Source: Heterodontus francisci
Lineage: Eukaryota
Length of the DNA: 64,000 nt
Assembly (NCBI RefSeq): GCF_036365525.1
Contig: NC_090416.1
Span: forward strand, 16,464,945-16,528,944
Reading direction: 5' to 3'
In this document: piece by piece, positions 32,972 through 47,148 of the stretch
How the letters are laid out: every line of letters starts with the position of its first letter
How positions within the stretch are numbered: position 1 is the first letter of the stretch
Notes under the pieces: generated by a model
What the model was told of the DNA's origin: nothing
Databases searched by the model: none
The model's input: only the letters and a program-made list of their open reading frames with translations
Position numbers and translations under genes: made by a program

Positions 32972-35900
32972 ATTTATAGTCGAAATCTAGCACTGGGGAC
33001 CATATCGTTAAATATAACAATTTAGTAAGGATTTAATAAGTATTTATTTTATATTAATTAACTAATTAGTGATAGAAATGTCAGTTAAAGGGGTGAAGTG
33101 CTTCACCTGTGAGATGTGGGAAGTCCGTGACACTTCCAGCATTCCGGGCGACTCCGCCTGCAGGAAGTTTACCCAGTTGCAGCTCCTCACAGACCGCATG
33201 GATCGGTTGGAGCGGCAACTGGATGCACTTAGGAGCATGCAGGTGGCAGAAAGCGTCATCGACAGGAGTTTTAGAGAAGTGGTTACACCCAAGGTGCAGG
33301 CAGATAGATGGGTGACCGCTAGAAGGGGCAGGCAGTCAGTGCAGGAATCCCCTGTGGCTATCCCCCTCTCTAACAAGTATACAGTTTTGGATACTGTTGG
33401 GGGGGGATGGCCTATCAGGGGAAAACAACAGCAGCAGCCAGAGCAGTGGCACCACGGCTGGCACTGTTGTTCAGCAGGGAGGGACAAAGCGCAGAAGAGC
33501 AATAGTTATAGGGGACTCTGTAGTCAGGGGCACAGATAGGCGCTTCTGAGGACGTGAAAGAGACTCCAGGATGGTATGTTGCCTACCTGGTGCCAGGGTC
33601 AATGATGTCTCTGAACGGACAGGGGGCATTCTGAAGGGCGAGGGTGAACAGCCAGAGGTTGTGGTACACATCGGTACCAATGACATAGGCAGGAAGAGTG
33701 ATGAGGTCCTGCAGGGGGAGTTTAGGGAGTTAGGTAGAAAGTTAAAAAAACAGGATTCTGGGGTTGTAATCTCTGGATTATTCCCTGTGCCACGTGCCAG
33801 AGAGGCTAGAAATAGGAAGATAGTGCAGCTAAACACGTGGCTGAGCAGCTGGTGTAGAAGGGAGGGTTTCAGATATCTGGACCATTGGGCTCTCTTCAGG
33901 GACAGATGGGACCTGTACAAGAAGGACGCGTTGCATCTAAACTGGAGGGGCACTAATATCCTGGCTGCAAAGTTTGCTAGCGTCACTCGGGAGGGTTTAA
34001 ACTAGTGTGGCAGGGGGATGGGAACCAGAACAGTGGGACAGCTAGAAAAATAAATGAGGAGGACAGAGTAAATAAGGCCAGTAAGACTAAGTGGAAGAGC
34101 AGGCAGGGAGATGTTGCTGAGCACAGCGGGACTGGTGCTCTGAAGTGCATTTCTTTCAATGCGAGTAGTATAACAGGTAAGGCAGATGAACTTAGAGCTT
34201 GGATTAGTACTTGGAAATATGATGTTGTTGCTATTACAGAGACTTGGTTGAGGGAAGGGCAGGATTGGCAGCTAAATGTTCCAGGCTTTAGAAGCTTCAG
34301 GCGGGATAGAGGGGCATGTAAAAGGGATGGGGGAGTTGCATAACTGGTTAAGGAGATTATCACAGCTGTCCTGCGGGAGGACACCTCAGAGGGGTCATGC
34401 AGCGAGGCAATATGGGTGGAGCTCAGGAATAGGAAGGGTGCAGTCACGATGTTGGGGGTTTACTACAGGCCTCCCAACAGCCAGCGGGAGGTAGAGGAGC
34501 AGATCAGTGGACAGATTTTGGAAAGATGTAAAGGTAACAGGGTTGTGGTGGTGGGTGATTTTAACTTCCCCTATATTGACTGGGACTCACTTAGTGCTAG
34601 GGGCTTGGATGGGGCAGAATTTGTGAGGAACATCCAGGAGGGCTTCTTGAAACAGTATGTAGATAGTCCAACTAGGGATAGGGCCATTCTGGACCTGGTA
34701 TTGGAGAATCAGCCCGGCCAGGTGGTCGAAGTTTCAGTGGGGGAACATTTCGGGAGCAGTGACCATAATTCCATATGTTTTAAGGTACTTGTGGATAAGG
34801 ATAAGAGTAGTCCTCGGGTGAAGGTGCTAAATTGGGGGAAGGCTAATTATAACAATATTAGGCAGGAATTGAAGAATTTAGATTGGGGGGGCGGCTGTTT
34901 GAGGGTAAATCAACATCTGACATGTGGGAGTCTTTCAAACGTCAGCTGATTAGAATCCAGGACCAGCATGTTCCTGTGAGCAAGAAAGACAAGTTTGGCA
35001 TGTTTCGGGAAATTTGGATAACACTGGATATTGTGAGCACAGTCAAAAAGAAAAAGGAAGCATTTGTAAGGGCTGGAAGGTTAGGAACAGACGAAGCACT
35101 TGAGGAATATAAAGACAGTGGGAAGGAACTTAAGCAAGGAGTTAGGAGGGCTAAAAGGGGTCATAAAAGGTCATTGGCAAACAGGATGAAGGAGAATCCC
35201 AAGGCTTTTTATACATATACAAAGAGCAAGAGGGTAACCAGGGAAAGGGTTGGCCCACTCAAGGATAGAGATGGGAATCTATGTGTGGAGCCAGAGGAAA
35301 TGGGCGAGGTGCTAAATGAGTACTTTGCATCAGTATTCACCAAAGAGAAGGACTTGGTGGATGATGAGCCTAGGGAAGGGAGTGCAGATAGTCTCAGTCA
35401 TCTCATTATTAAAAAGGAGGTGGTGTTGGGTGTCTTGCAAAGCATTAAGGTAGATAAGTCCCCAGGGCCTGATGGGATCTACCCTAGAATACTGAGAGAG
35501 GCAAGGGAAGAAATTGATGGGTTCTTGTCAGAAATCTTTGCATCATTTTTGGCTACAGGTGAGGCCCCAGAGGACTGGAGAATAGCCAATGCTGTTCCTT
35601 TGTTTAAGAAGGGTGGCAAGGATAATCCAGGAAATTATAGGCCGGTGAGCCTTCCGTCAGTGGTAGGGAAACTATTAAAGAGGATTATACGGGACAGGAT
35701 TTACTCCCATTTGGAAACAAACGAACTTATTAGTGAGAGACAGCATGGCTTTGTGAAGTGGAGGTTGTGTCTTACTAATTTGATTGAGTTTTTTGAGGAA
35801 GTGACGAAGATGATTGATGAGGGAAGGGCAGTGGATGTTATCTATATGGACTTTATTAAAGCCTTTGAGAAGGTCCCGCATGGCAGACTGGTACAAAAGG

Positions 35901-37035
35901 TAATGTCACATGGGATCAGATGTGAGCTGGCAAGATGGATACAGAACTGGCTCGGTCATAGAAGACAGAGGGTATCAGTGGATGGGTGTTTTTCTGAATG
36001 GAGGGATGTGACTAGTGGTGTTCCGCAGGGATCAGTGCTGGGACCTTTGCTGTTTGTAGTATATATAAACGATTTGGAGGAAAATGTAGCTGGTCTGATT
36101 AGTAAGTTGGCGGACGACACAAAGGTTGGTGGAGTTGCAGATAATGATGAGGATTGTCAGAGGATACAGCTGGATATAGATCGGTTGGAGACTTGGGTGG
36201 AGAAATGGCAGATGGAGTTTAATCTGGACAAATGTGAGGTAATGCATTTTGGAAGGACTAATGCAGGTGGGAGGTATACAGTAAATGGCAGAACCCTTAG
36301 GAGTATTGACAGACAGAGAAATCTGGGCGTTTCGGTCCACAGGTCACTGAAAGTGGCAACGCAGGTGGATAAGGTAGTCAAGAAGGCATACGGCATGCTT
36401 GCCATCATTGGTCGGGGCATAGAGTATAAAAATTGGCAAGTCAAGTTGCAGCTGTACAGAACCTTAGTTAGGCCACACTTAGAATATTGCGTGCAATTCT
36501 GGTCGCCACACTACCAGAAGGACGTGGAGGCTTTGGAGAGGGTACAAAGGAGGTTTACGGATGCTGCCTGGTCTGGAGGGCATTAACTATGAGGAGAGGT
36601 TGGAAAAAGTCGGATCGATTTCACTGGGACGACGGAGGTGGAGGGGCGACATGATCGAGGTTTACAAAGTTATGAGCGGCATGGACAGAGTGGATAGTCA
36701 GAAGCTTTTTCCCAGGGTGGAAGAGTCAGTTACTAGGGGACATAGGTTTAAGGTGCGAGGGGCAAAGTTTAGAGGGGATGTGCGAGGCAAGTTTTAGACA
36801 CAGAGGGTGGTGAGTGCCTGGAACTTGCTGCCAGGGGAGGTGGTGGAAGCAGATACGATAGCGATGTTTAAGAGACATCTTGACAAATACTTGAATAGGA
36901 AGGGAATAGAGGGATATGGGCCCCGGAAGTGCAGAAGGTTTTAGTTTAGGCAGGCATCAAGATCGGTGCAGGCTTGGAGGGCCGAATGGCCTGTTCCTGT
37001 GTGGTACTGTTCTTTGTTCTTGTTCTTTGTTCTCT
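32972..37035 (+). mobile_element. CR1-clade LINE copy C, near full length, decayed
   Basis: ORF1 and ORF2 fragments 33069-36797. Stop at 34341 and frameshifts at ~33405, ~34885 and ~36560; RT motif reads LADD. Confidence 0.95.
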
Positions 37036-39159
37036 CTGTCTATCTCTCCATCTCTCTGTCTATCTATCTGTCTATCTATCTATCTGAGTATCTCTCTATC
37101 GATTTATCTATCTGTCCATATCTATCTATCCATGTCTCTATCTATCTGTCTATCTATCCACCTGTCCATCTCTCTTGCTCTATCTATTTGTCTGTCTGTC
37201 CATCTCTATCTATCCGTCTGTCCATCTCTGTCTGTCTGTCTGTCTATCCCTCAGTACTGACCCTTTGACAGTGCGGCACTCCCTCAGTACTGACCCTTTG
37301 GGAACTGAATATTCCAGGGTATTTGACAGTTTGGAATGACAGGAAGCAAGGAAAAGGAGGTGGTGAAGCTCAGTTAATAAAGGATGAGATCAGTACAGTC
37401 GTGAGAAATGATCTTGGCTCAGAAAATCAAGATGTGGAATCAGTTTGGGTGGAGATATGAAATAGCAAAAATTCATACAGGAGCTGCACTGTCGGACAGA
37501 GTATAAATCAAGAAATCAAGGGGGGGTTTGTAGGAAAATACTGCAGTAATCCTGGGTAATTTTAATCTTCATATAAATTGGAGTAATCAAACTGGTAAAG
37601 TTAGATAGAGGATGAGTTCATGGAGTGTACTCAGGACAGTTTCTTAGAACAATACATTCTGGAACCAACACGGGAGCAGGATATTTTAGACCTGGTAATG
37701 TGTAAGGAGACGGAATTAAATAATGACCTCTTAGTAAAGGAAGAATAGAAAAGCAGAATATTATTTACATGGAGAGAGACTGCAGAATGCTGCAGTACAG
37801 AGGGATCTGGGTGTCCTTGTACATGAATCACAAAATGTTAACATGCATGTTCAGCAAGTAATTAGGAAGAGAAATGGAATGTTGATATTTATTGCAATGG
37901 GGATGGAGTATAAAAGTAGGGACATCTTGCTACAACTGTACCGGGTATTGGTGAGACTGCACCTAGAATACTGCATACAGTTTTGGTCTCCTTATTTAAG
38001 GAGGGATATACTTGCATTGGACGCAGTTCAGAGAAGGTTCACTTGGCTGATTCCTGGGATGAAGGGATTGTCTTATGAGGAAAGGTTGAGCAGGTTGGGC
38101 CTGTACTCATTAGAGTTTAGAAGAATGAGAGGTGATCTTATTGAAATGTGTAAGGTTCTGAAGGGGCTTGACGGGGTAGATACTGAGAGGATGTTTCCCC
38201 TCGTGGGGCAACCTAGAACTAGGGGGAACAGTTACAGAATACGGGGTCTCCCATTTAAGACGGAGATGAGGAGGAATTTCTTCTCTGAGGGTCATTAATC
38301 TTTGGAATTCTCTTCCCCAGGGAGCAGTGGAGGCTGGGTCATTGAATATATTCAAGGCTGAGTTGGAGAGTTTTTTGATCTACAAGGGAGTTGAGGGTTA
38401 TGGTGGGGGGCAGACAGGAAAGTGGAGATAAGGTCACAATCAGATCATCCGTGATCTTATCGAATGGCGGAACAGGCTCGATGGGCCGAATGGCCTTCTC
38501 CTGTTCTTATTTCTTATGCTTTTATGTTGAAGATATCGTACCTGCTGTATTCAATAGCTGTCCAGGTCTTTAAAGCCCAAAGTGGCCGTAACTGTTCCTA
38601 TCTGTGCAGAGACACCTTGGCAGTAATATAATATAATGAAAATGGCCTGGCTGAAACTCCCCGGGTCTGGATATCTCAGTACAGATCGGGGAAGGGGTGG
38701 TGGGAGTGCTGGAATCTGGGCCTTCCCAGCAAGTGTCCTGTAAGGGAACTGAATGACCTCAACGAAGGAACGAGTTCACAGAGGGAGATGAGGCTGATGT
38801 GATTGTAGTGTGTGCGAACAAGAGGAGGCCATTCAGCCCTTCGAGACTGCTGTGCCATTCCATTAGATCATAGCTGGTCTGTACCTTAACCCCATATACC
38901 CTGCTTTAGCTCCATAGTCCTTGCTGCCCTTACCCAATAAAAATCTATCAACCACAATCTTTATAACTCCAATTTTTAATGAAGTGCATTTCTATAGCGT
39001 CTTTCACAACCTCAGGATGTTCCCAAAGTGCTTCGCAGCCAATGAAATACCTTGAAAAGCAATGTTGGGAAATGAAGACTGGGATGTAGAGCAGGAGGAG
39101 TTCAGTTCAGTTCTCCTGAGGGGCCCAGTCCAGATAATGGGTTGTTTTGTTATAAATGT

Positions 39160-39370
39160 GTGACGTGTCCAAGAATGTAACCGTTTAACGGTGTTTCTCG
39201 GATTTCCGTCCTGTTTCTGTGTGTTTCAGAGCAGGGGAACTGGGCCCAGATGCTGCTACTCTCTGCTGCTTATCAGACAGTGAACAGGGATGTTTCGGTT
39301 CCTCCCCGAGGCTCCTCTCCCACCCCCTGCAGCGAGTGACCACACCACCTGCACCACATCACAAACAAGA
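39160..39370 (-). promoter_or_regulatory. Candidate IgL 3' enhancer, cluster 3
   Basis: Copy with all motifs intact; EICE at 39292-39304. Confidence 0.55.
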
Positions 39371-41931
39371 CAAAAACAGCATCGATTTGGGTATCAGGAT
39401 CTAAAATAAGGCTTTCAGAACACCGCCCAGGTCCCCTGTGGTTGATGACGAGGGCCTGATCTGAGCTGCATTCAGTGCCATTCTCAGACCCAGTCTGGAA
39501 CCTGGCTGTTCGGCCATGTGAATCATCAACATTGTGGATTTAACTGGACGGATAAACGTTTGATTGCCTTTAAGATACTCCTTAAAACCTACCTCTTTGA
39601 CCGAGCTTTTGGTCACCTGCTCTAATATCTCCGAATGTGGCTCAGCATTAAACTTTGTTTGCTGACACTCCTTGCGACGTTTTATGACATTAAAGGCGCC
39701 ATATAAATGCAGATTGGTTGTTGTTTGCAAATGACAATTCGTTGAAGACCTTAATAACTAACCGACTGCAGGCCATGAAGTACATCAACTAAAGCCACAA
39801 TTAAAACTCAAGGCTTCTGATGTAAGTACAGTACTGAAGGAATACCGCACTGCCGGAGGGGCTATCTGTCACTTGGAATCTGCCCTCTGTTAAAGATACT
39901 GCAACCCCTATTTAGAAAAAGAGTTGGGAATTCTCCCCCATCCCCGTGTCTTGGCTGATATTTATCCTTCAATCAATATCACAAAAAAAAATCACCTGGG
40001 TCATTATCTCATTGTTATGTGTGTGGGATCATGCTGTGCACAAATTGGCTGCTGTGTTTCCTACATTACAACAGTTGACTAGACTTCAAAAAAAAATACT
40101 TGGTTGGCTGTAAAGCGCTGTGGGACATTCTGAAGCTGTGAAAGGAGGCTCACTGTCACCTTCTCAGGGGGACAACTAGTGATGGACAATAAATGGCTGG
40201 TCTTACCAGAGATGCCCACATCTCGAGAATGAAGAAGTGCAGGTTCTGTCTCTCTGGACGCTGTGATGTCCCCTTGTAAAACATATTGAAACTAAATAGC
40301 ATCCTCAGACTCGAGATGGGGATTAAACCTGCATTTAATACCTCTTTCAGTGCGTGGCCCCTTTAAGGTGTGCTGAGGGACTGGGCTTTTCCAGCACTCT
40401 CTGTCCATTTACTCTTTGAGGTGATGCAACCGATACCCACTCCACAGCCGGAGGCTCAGTTAACAGCCCTTCCCTCTTATGGCCCCTAGTTCTGCTCTCA
40501 CCCGCAAGTGGAAACGTCTCGCCTTATCGAGTCCTTTCATAACCTTAAAGGGCTCCATCAGGTCCTACCCTCCCCCCCTCTCAGTCTTCTCTTTTCAACC
40601 TATCCTGGTAGCCTATCTCAGTACTGGTACCATCCCAGCACATCTTTTCTTGCACCTTCTCCAGTGTCATTTTATAACATGGAGACAGGAACAGTGCACA
40701 GTAATTCCAAGTGTGGTTTAACTGAGGTTCCCTACAAGTTTGACTTAATGTATCTGCTTCTCAATTCTATCCCTCGAGAAATTAACCCCGGTGTTTGGAT
40801 TGCTTTTTATAAGGCCTTATTCAGCAGCATTGCTGCAGTTACTCTATAACCCTCGATCCACAACCCAATTTAGACTCTTTCTTCCCCACCTCCCCCTCCC
40901 TCCAGGACTAGGTGACCTCATTCATCCTCCCAAAAAGTAGCACCTCACACTTATCCATACTGACCTTCATTTGCCAATTACACACCCATTCTGCATGTCA
41001 CTTCATGTCCTGTCATTTGTGATGGACCTAATATTAACTGCAGCCTCCCCCAATTTGGAGTCATCAGCAAACTCTCAAATTGTACCTGGGGCTAGTCTGT
41101 CCCGTGCCATCCCATCTCTCGGACCGGGATAGTGAGCAGTTCTCCCTGGGAGGGACGGTATTTTATTCCAAACAGAGGGTTTTCCTGTAAATCACATACA
41201 ATGATGGTCTAGTATGGGAGAAACTACACTTTAGGATGGGAGGGTTGTTGAGAGGGTGCAGAGGAGGTTGACCGGAATGGTTCCAGGGATGGGGGAATTC
41301 TAGTGATAAGGTCAGCCTGGAGAAGCTGGGATTGTTTTCCTTGGAGCGAAGGAGATTGCAGGGAGATTTAATAGAGGTGGACAAGATTATGACAGATCTG
41401 GATAGAGTAGACAAGGAAAAAGAGTTCCCATTAACTGATGGTACTAGGGCTAGGGGACACAGATTGAACGTTTTGGGCAAGGGATACAAGGGGGGGGGGA
41501 GGATGTGAGGAAGAATTTATTTATTTTTAAATGCAGTGAGTGACAATGACCTGGAACTCACTGCCTACCATGGTGGTGGAAGCTGGAGACAATGATTTCA
41601 GTAACAAACTGGGGTGGGGGGGGGGGACACTTGAAGGAAATAAATTCGCAGGGGGCCACGGGGGTGCGGAGAGTGGGACTGACTGGATTGCACTACGGGG
41701 AGCTGGCACGGACCCGAGGGGCCGAATAGCCTCCTTCTGTGCCAGAAATGAAATCGAATTCGTTTAAAATAGTTAACTCTGCTTGAATATTTTTTTTTAA
41801 ATCTGCCCAAAAGAAAATTCCTCTAATCGCCATTATTCGTACAGTTAACCACTGACTTGCACCAATATCCACCTCAACTCACCCCCAAACCCCCACAAAA
41901 AAATAACAGAGCAATTTGAATTCATGTCATC

Positions 41932-41937
41932 TTTATT
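41932..41937 (-). terminator. Poly(A) signal, cluster 3
   Basis: AATAAA at the homologous position. Confidence 0.75.
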
Positions 41938-42266
41938 AAAACAGTCACACACAGAGAGATACACTTTTCAATTCTAACAAATGGTACTACTGAGAGTAAG
42001 GAGAGAGGGAGCAGAACCCATCCAGCTCCAAATGGGAATGTACTCCCGGGATAGGTGGTCCTGATATTCACTGTCACCCACCTGCGCCCCCCAGTTAAAA
42101 TTGGATCCAAAATTGGATCGTTAAACTGCGATTGAAGTGACTGTTTCAACATCGTTGGCCACATTTGCTACAGTGATTACATTGTAAAACAACAACAACA
42201 ACATTCCACATATTGAATAATATTTCATCAGCAATAAATCAAACTCTAAGCCCCAGCTGCCCCCTC

Positions 42267-42595
42267 TCAGTCGGAACAAGCGGTGGAGCTGATGGTTTTG
42301 AGGAGAGGTGAGCTCAGAGAGCCGTGATCCACACTGCAGGTATAGCTGGAGCCCTTATTCCAGGCAGTGGCGGGGACTCTCAGGTAACTGCTCAGGCTGT
42401 AGGTTTGATCACTGTCCGTGGACACAGTGCCTGTGGTCACCCCGCTGTCTGTCTCTTTATCATCCACTCTCCAGAGAACCCGCACGAAACCCGGCTTAAA
42501 GCGGCTCACCAGGCAGGACAGAGTAGCCCATCCCGAGTCTATTTCTTCTGAGGAAGGAGGGAGCAGGAGAACTGATGGTTTCCGATCCTCACTAC
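42267..42595 (-). CDS. IgL constant exon, cluster 3
   Basis: Same protein as C1, with two silent substitutions. Confidence 0.96.
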
Positions 42596-43931
42596 CTGTG
42601 TGTGAGAGACAGGGTGGAAGAAAGGAATCTCACTGTTAGTATCAATCATTTTTTCTAAAAGGCACATCCAGAATTAGTAACACATACTATAATTTAAAAC
42701 AAACATTTAACTTGACTTCAGACTTAGGTAGAGACAGTAAATAATATAATAGCCTGAGTGTTTCCAGCACTCGATTTCAGATTTCCAGCATCTGCAGGAT
42801 TTTGCTTTGATTGGATTAAAATTAAATATTTAGTCCAATCTTAACTCCCTGTCAATTGAGAGCTGGACTTGTACATGGATTCGAGACATTCAATATAAAT
42901 TAATTAACTGAATATTAAATACAACAGACAATATCGAATTGTTTAAAATTCAGGGGCAGATTAAAATCAAAAGTTTAAAATTTGAGGAAGTTTCACATTT
43001 CGGATAGGCTGTACTGGAGGTCTTATGGAGGTGCTCGGAGTATGTATTGGGAGTAACTCAACCTCCCAGATCCACACTCAGAGTTCGGTGATCACCTCAC
43101 CAGGAAAAATTCTTTATTTGTTAAAAAAAAAGTTTTAAAAGTAATAAAGTTCGGGGCGGTTTCCATTTAGAAAGTAGGTTAGACACTTCACATGAACGAA
43201 CGACAGTCGGAAGGAGGGGGCTGGGAAGGGAGACGGGGGCTGGGGGGTAGAGAGACCGGGTGCGTTAGGAACAGACAAGATGGGGGGAGAAGGCGCAGAA
43301 TGAGGCCATTCGGTCCATCGAGTCCCTGCCGCAGCCTAACCCCACTTCCCAACTTTGGGAGTCTTTTTTTGAGGTGGGGGAGGGGGTGCTAGTGTCAAAC
43401 TCGACCCCCTTTGAGTGTGAGTAAAATTCCTGTTTGTAAATCTTCCAGCAACACCCGGGGCAGGCTCGCTATTTATACAACAGTGCAGCGAATAGACGGA
43501 GAAGTCCACATCTGCACACTGCAGACCTGGCCGAACAGACTCCAGGGGCTGAATGGCCTTTCTCCCCTGTTCGTTCTGCATTTTTTTTTTGCCAATGGAG
43601 TTTTTCCTCGGTTCTGAGGAAAGGTCAGTGACCCGAAACTGTTCACCGTTTCTCCCTCTCTCTCCGCAGAGGCTGCCCAGACCTGCTGAGTATTTCCAGC
43701 ATCTTCTGTTTTTTTATTTCAGATTTCCAGCATCCGCAATTGTTTTGCTGCTATTTTAGTGTTTATTTTTCTACCCTCCAGAATCCAAATTCCCAGCACT
43801 GAATCAGTGGACAGAAAAATAAAAATCTGACCCAATTTCTTTTCACCGTTATCAGGGCAGATCCGATTCTGCAACAATAAATGAATAAATAATTGAAACA
43901 ATATGAATGATAGGATGAGGGAATTACTTAC

Positions 43932-43968
43932 TCCGTAAACTCAGGGCGGTCCCAGGTCCGAAGGTAAA
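43932..43968 (-). CDS. IgL J segment, cluster 3
   Basis: FTFGPGTALSLR followed by a GTAAGT donor. Confidence 0.95.
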
Positions 43969-44007
43969 CACAGTGCAGTGTTTTAATGGGACGGATCAAC
44001 TAAAACC
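43969..44007 (+). other. 23-RSS of J3
   Basis: CACAGTG-23-ACTAAAACC, one mismatch from the consensus nonamer. Confidence 0.93.
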
Positions 44008-44322
44008 CAGGCTGGGAAGAAAGAGGGGAAAATATTAATAATCTGTCCTTTATCACATTCCCTTTCACATTCTGCCTTTCACTGGGGCCGGAATGCTGAG
44101 AGTCTGGAGAAAGATTTTCACATATCAGTGAGGAAACCCTGAGAATATCAGTGTTTACCTACCCAGCTAATAGTCCAAATATTGGGGAAAATCCAAATAA
44201 ACCCATGGAATTCCAGTGAGATTTTCCACAAGTTACATAAGGAATATTTCTGAAGCTCATTACACAGTCTCAGGCAGGAATATTTCAGTAGCTGTTGGAA
44301 TTCTGAGTGGTTCTGTTGGTGC

Positions 44323-44350
44323 AGTTTTTGTATTGCCCTGTCTCACTGTG
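44323..44350 (-). other. 12-RSS of V3
   Basis: CACAGTG-12-ACAAAAACT. Confidence 0.95.
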
Positions 44351-44679
44351 TATATAGCCTGCTGAGGTATCCGCGGCAGCACAGTAATAGACGGCGGAGT
44401 CTCCCGGTTCCAAGCTGCCGATGGTCAGAATGTGACTGTTACTGGAGGTGTCTCTGGAAGGTTTAAAACGGTCCGTGAAGCCGGTGCCTCGATAGATGCT
44501 ACCACTTGTAGAGTGGGCTAACACCCACACCGGAGCCTCCCCGGGTCTCTGTCGGTACCAGTACATGTAGTAACTGCCCACGTTGCCGTTCTGCATCGCA
44601 CACTTTAACTCGGAGGTCTCACCGGCGGAGACTGGGTCTGAAATTGGGGTCTGATTGAGGACAGGAACCGCCAGGACAC
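44351..44679 (-). CDS. IgL V exon, cluster 3
   Basis: ...YYMYWYRQ...AHSTSG...YYCAAADTSAGYI; open. Confidence 0.95.
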
Positions 44680-44844
44680 CTTCAACACAAAACACAAGAG
44701 AGAGAAAAAAAACACATTCAGTTTATTGGAGCAAAAAAACACACTGATAAATAAACAGGCCGGGCTACCAAATCCCTTTGCTTCCTAATCTAATGGTTTA
44801 AAAATGAATAATTGAGTAACGTTCTGTTAACATAAGTCTCTCAC

Positions 44845-44893
44845 CTGTTAAATGGAGTAGCAGGGTCCCCAGGAGATACATTACTGCAGCCAT
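44845..44893 (-). CDS. Leader exon, cluster 3
   Basis: MAAVMYLLGTLLLHLT(G) followed by a donor. Confidence 0.92.
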
Positions 44894-45015
44894 TCCCTCC
44901 GGGGGGGAAAAAAACCCGTGAAGAATTAGAGAGCAGGGTTTTACTGTAATTCCAGAAAGTGGATCCAGTTACAGTGCCGGACAAGGTGAGACCAGTATCT
45001 ATTATATGAACCTGT

Positions 45016-45023
45016 ATGCAAAT
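45016..45023 (-). promoter_or_regulatory. V3 promoter octamer
   Basis: ATTTGCAT on the minus strand. Confidence 0.88.
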
Positions 45024-47011
45024 ACAGGGAGGGTTGAGAGGAGCAGGGGCGGCGGGGGGGTGGGGGGGGTGGTGGGGTGGTGGACCAGACCAGATTTTTT
45101 TTATTGAGCCTCTATTGGTCCCCAATTAAACATTTCCATGTATTTATTTCCACCGAGTTGAGGGTTAATTCACAATAATTTCTGATTTTAACCCCCCCCC
45201 CTTCTCATGTCAAGAGTGTGAGATTTAAAAGAACAACTGTAGAAATTGCACATTTTATCCCAGATGGGCAAAGACAAAAGCCCTTCAGAATCCAGTGCCT
45301 TGAATTCATCCAGAACAAGTTTAACCCAGCGATCGTTAAGGATTTGTTTTTTTTTTATATTTGGGTCTGCAATGTGTACTTAAACACATATCTTTATATC
45401 CAACACGCTGGTGTTTGCAACAAAGCAGTTCATTGGAAGGATTGGAATGGAAGAGATTGACTGGACTGCTTCTCTCAGCTGCTCTTTTTTCCTATCCGCC
45501 ACTGTACAAGTGCACTGCTTGTCCTGGCGTTTGAGCCGAGTGTAGGGTCAAAACACTCGTTTCTCACTCAGGCCGACGTTCAGAAACAGCCAGAATCAAC
45601 TCCAATATCCGTTTTAATTGGTAATGCAACGAGGAGTGAGATTCTGACCGGGCAAGCTGACTGCTCGGCTAGTTTCTGTGTTGTGTCCGGATCCTGTGTT
45701 AAGTCCAGTTTCAATGAAATGTGTTTTCCTGCTGCAACAGTTCCTGCCCTGACTTTTTTTTGTTGCAACTAAACCACATGTATCGGAACCTCAGTCCCAG
45801 GAATACATTTGTTTTAACATTCCATTTCAGATGTTTTATGTCAATCACTCGATGCCAAGGGAAAACTTGCAACAAGTAGCTGGTGAGAGGAGTTAGTTTC
45901 TTTAAAATGAATATTTTCTATCTTTATTTTAAATTCACTTCATGGGATATGGGCATCACTTGGCCCTGCCCGCATTTATTGCCCATCCCTCATTGCCGTT
46001 GAGAAGGTGGTGGTGGAGCCGCCTTCTTGAACTGCTGCAGTGCAGTGGTTTTTTACAACAGAACGTCCATTTCTGAGGGCAGTTAAGAGTCAACCACATT
46101 GCCGTGGGTCTGGAGTCACATGTAGGCCAGACGAAGTGAGGACGGCAGATTTCCTTCCCTAAAAGGACATTTGTGAACCAGATGGTTTTTTGTTAATGAA
46201 CATTCAATGGTAGTTTTATGGTCACCATTACTGAGACTAGGTTTCAATTCCAATTTTTAAAAATTAATTAGTTGAATTTAAATTCCATGGTGGGATTTGA
46301 ACACGTGTCTCCAGAGCATTATCCTGGGCCTCTGGATTAGTAATATCTAGTGACATTACTACTACGCCACCTTGTGATGGATCAATATTAATTCTAGAAA
46401 TGTGATAGGATTTGAGCCAGTGAAAGGGGGAAGGTGGGAAGAAGAACAGCAGGGAAGGTCTGTGACAGGGGTGGAGGGCAGGAGAGATTAAATGACAAAA
46501 AGGGTTTCAAGGTGCAAAGCCAAAGGGAGTGGTAATGAAAGATGTGTCTGGACGAGGTGTGAATGACAGGTACTGAACACAAGGTAAAGGAAATAAGAGG
46601 TAAACAAGAGAGATAAAATAACAAATCAGCAAACAAAAAGGGAAACAAAAATGAGGGCAGGGGGGTTACAAACTAAAATTGTAGAATTCAGTGTTGAGTC
46701 CGGAAGACTGTAGACTGCCCAGTCGAAAGATGAGGTGCTGTTCCTGGAGTTAGTCTCCTAATACTGACATGTTCAGTCAAGTCAGTGTCGACTAGCTGCC
46801 TCCTAGACAGAGAATTTGACTCCTCCCCAATTAAAAATCCGTTTCTGATTGGTCTCCACAGCAGAAACAGACCCACCTCCCTCCCCTCCCACCAGGCAGA
46901 TTCTCTGGGTCATTTTCAACTAAACCTAACCTGCATTACTATAGAGACCTCAGGATGTCCTAAAGACAGACAAATAAACACCTGTTTTGAAGTCTGGTCA
47001 TTGTAACATCA

Positions 47012-47148
47012 TAACCCAATGCAGAATGGAAATAAATATTTGGAAATGATCAATCAGGGACAATTATATTTTTAATAAAGTGTTTTCCCCTGCTCCCCTT
47101 GAACCCCTCCCTGTATTTGCATATTGACTAATACATAGATACTTGTAT
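47012..47148 (+). promoter_or_regulatory. Inverted promoter paralog, unit C (octamer 47115-47122)
   Basis: Copy of 13795-13931. Confidence 0.65.

Larger units (their letters stand above)
42267..44893 (-). other. Ig light-chain cluster 3 (L-V-J-C, unjoined)
   Basis: Same architecture; all signals intact. Confidence 0.95.
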
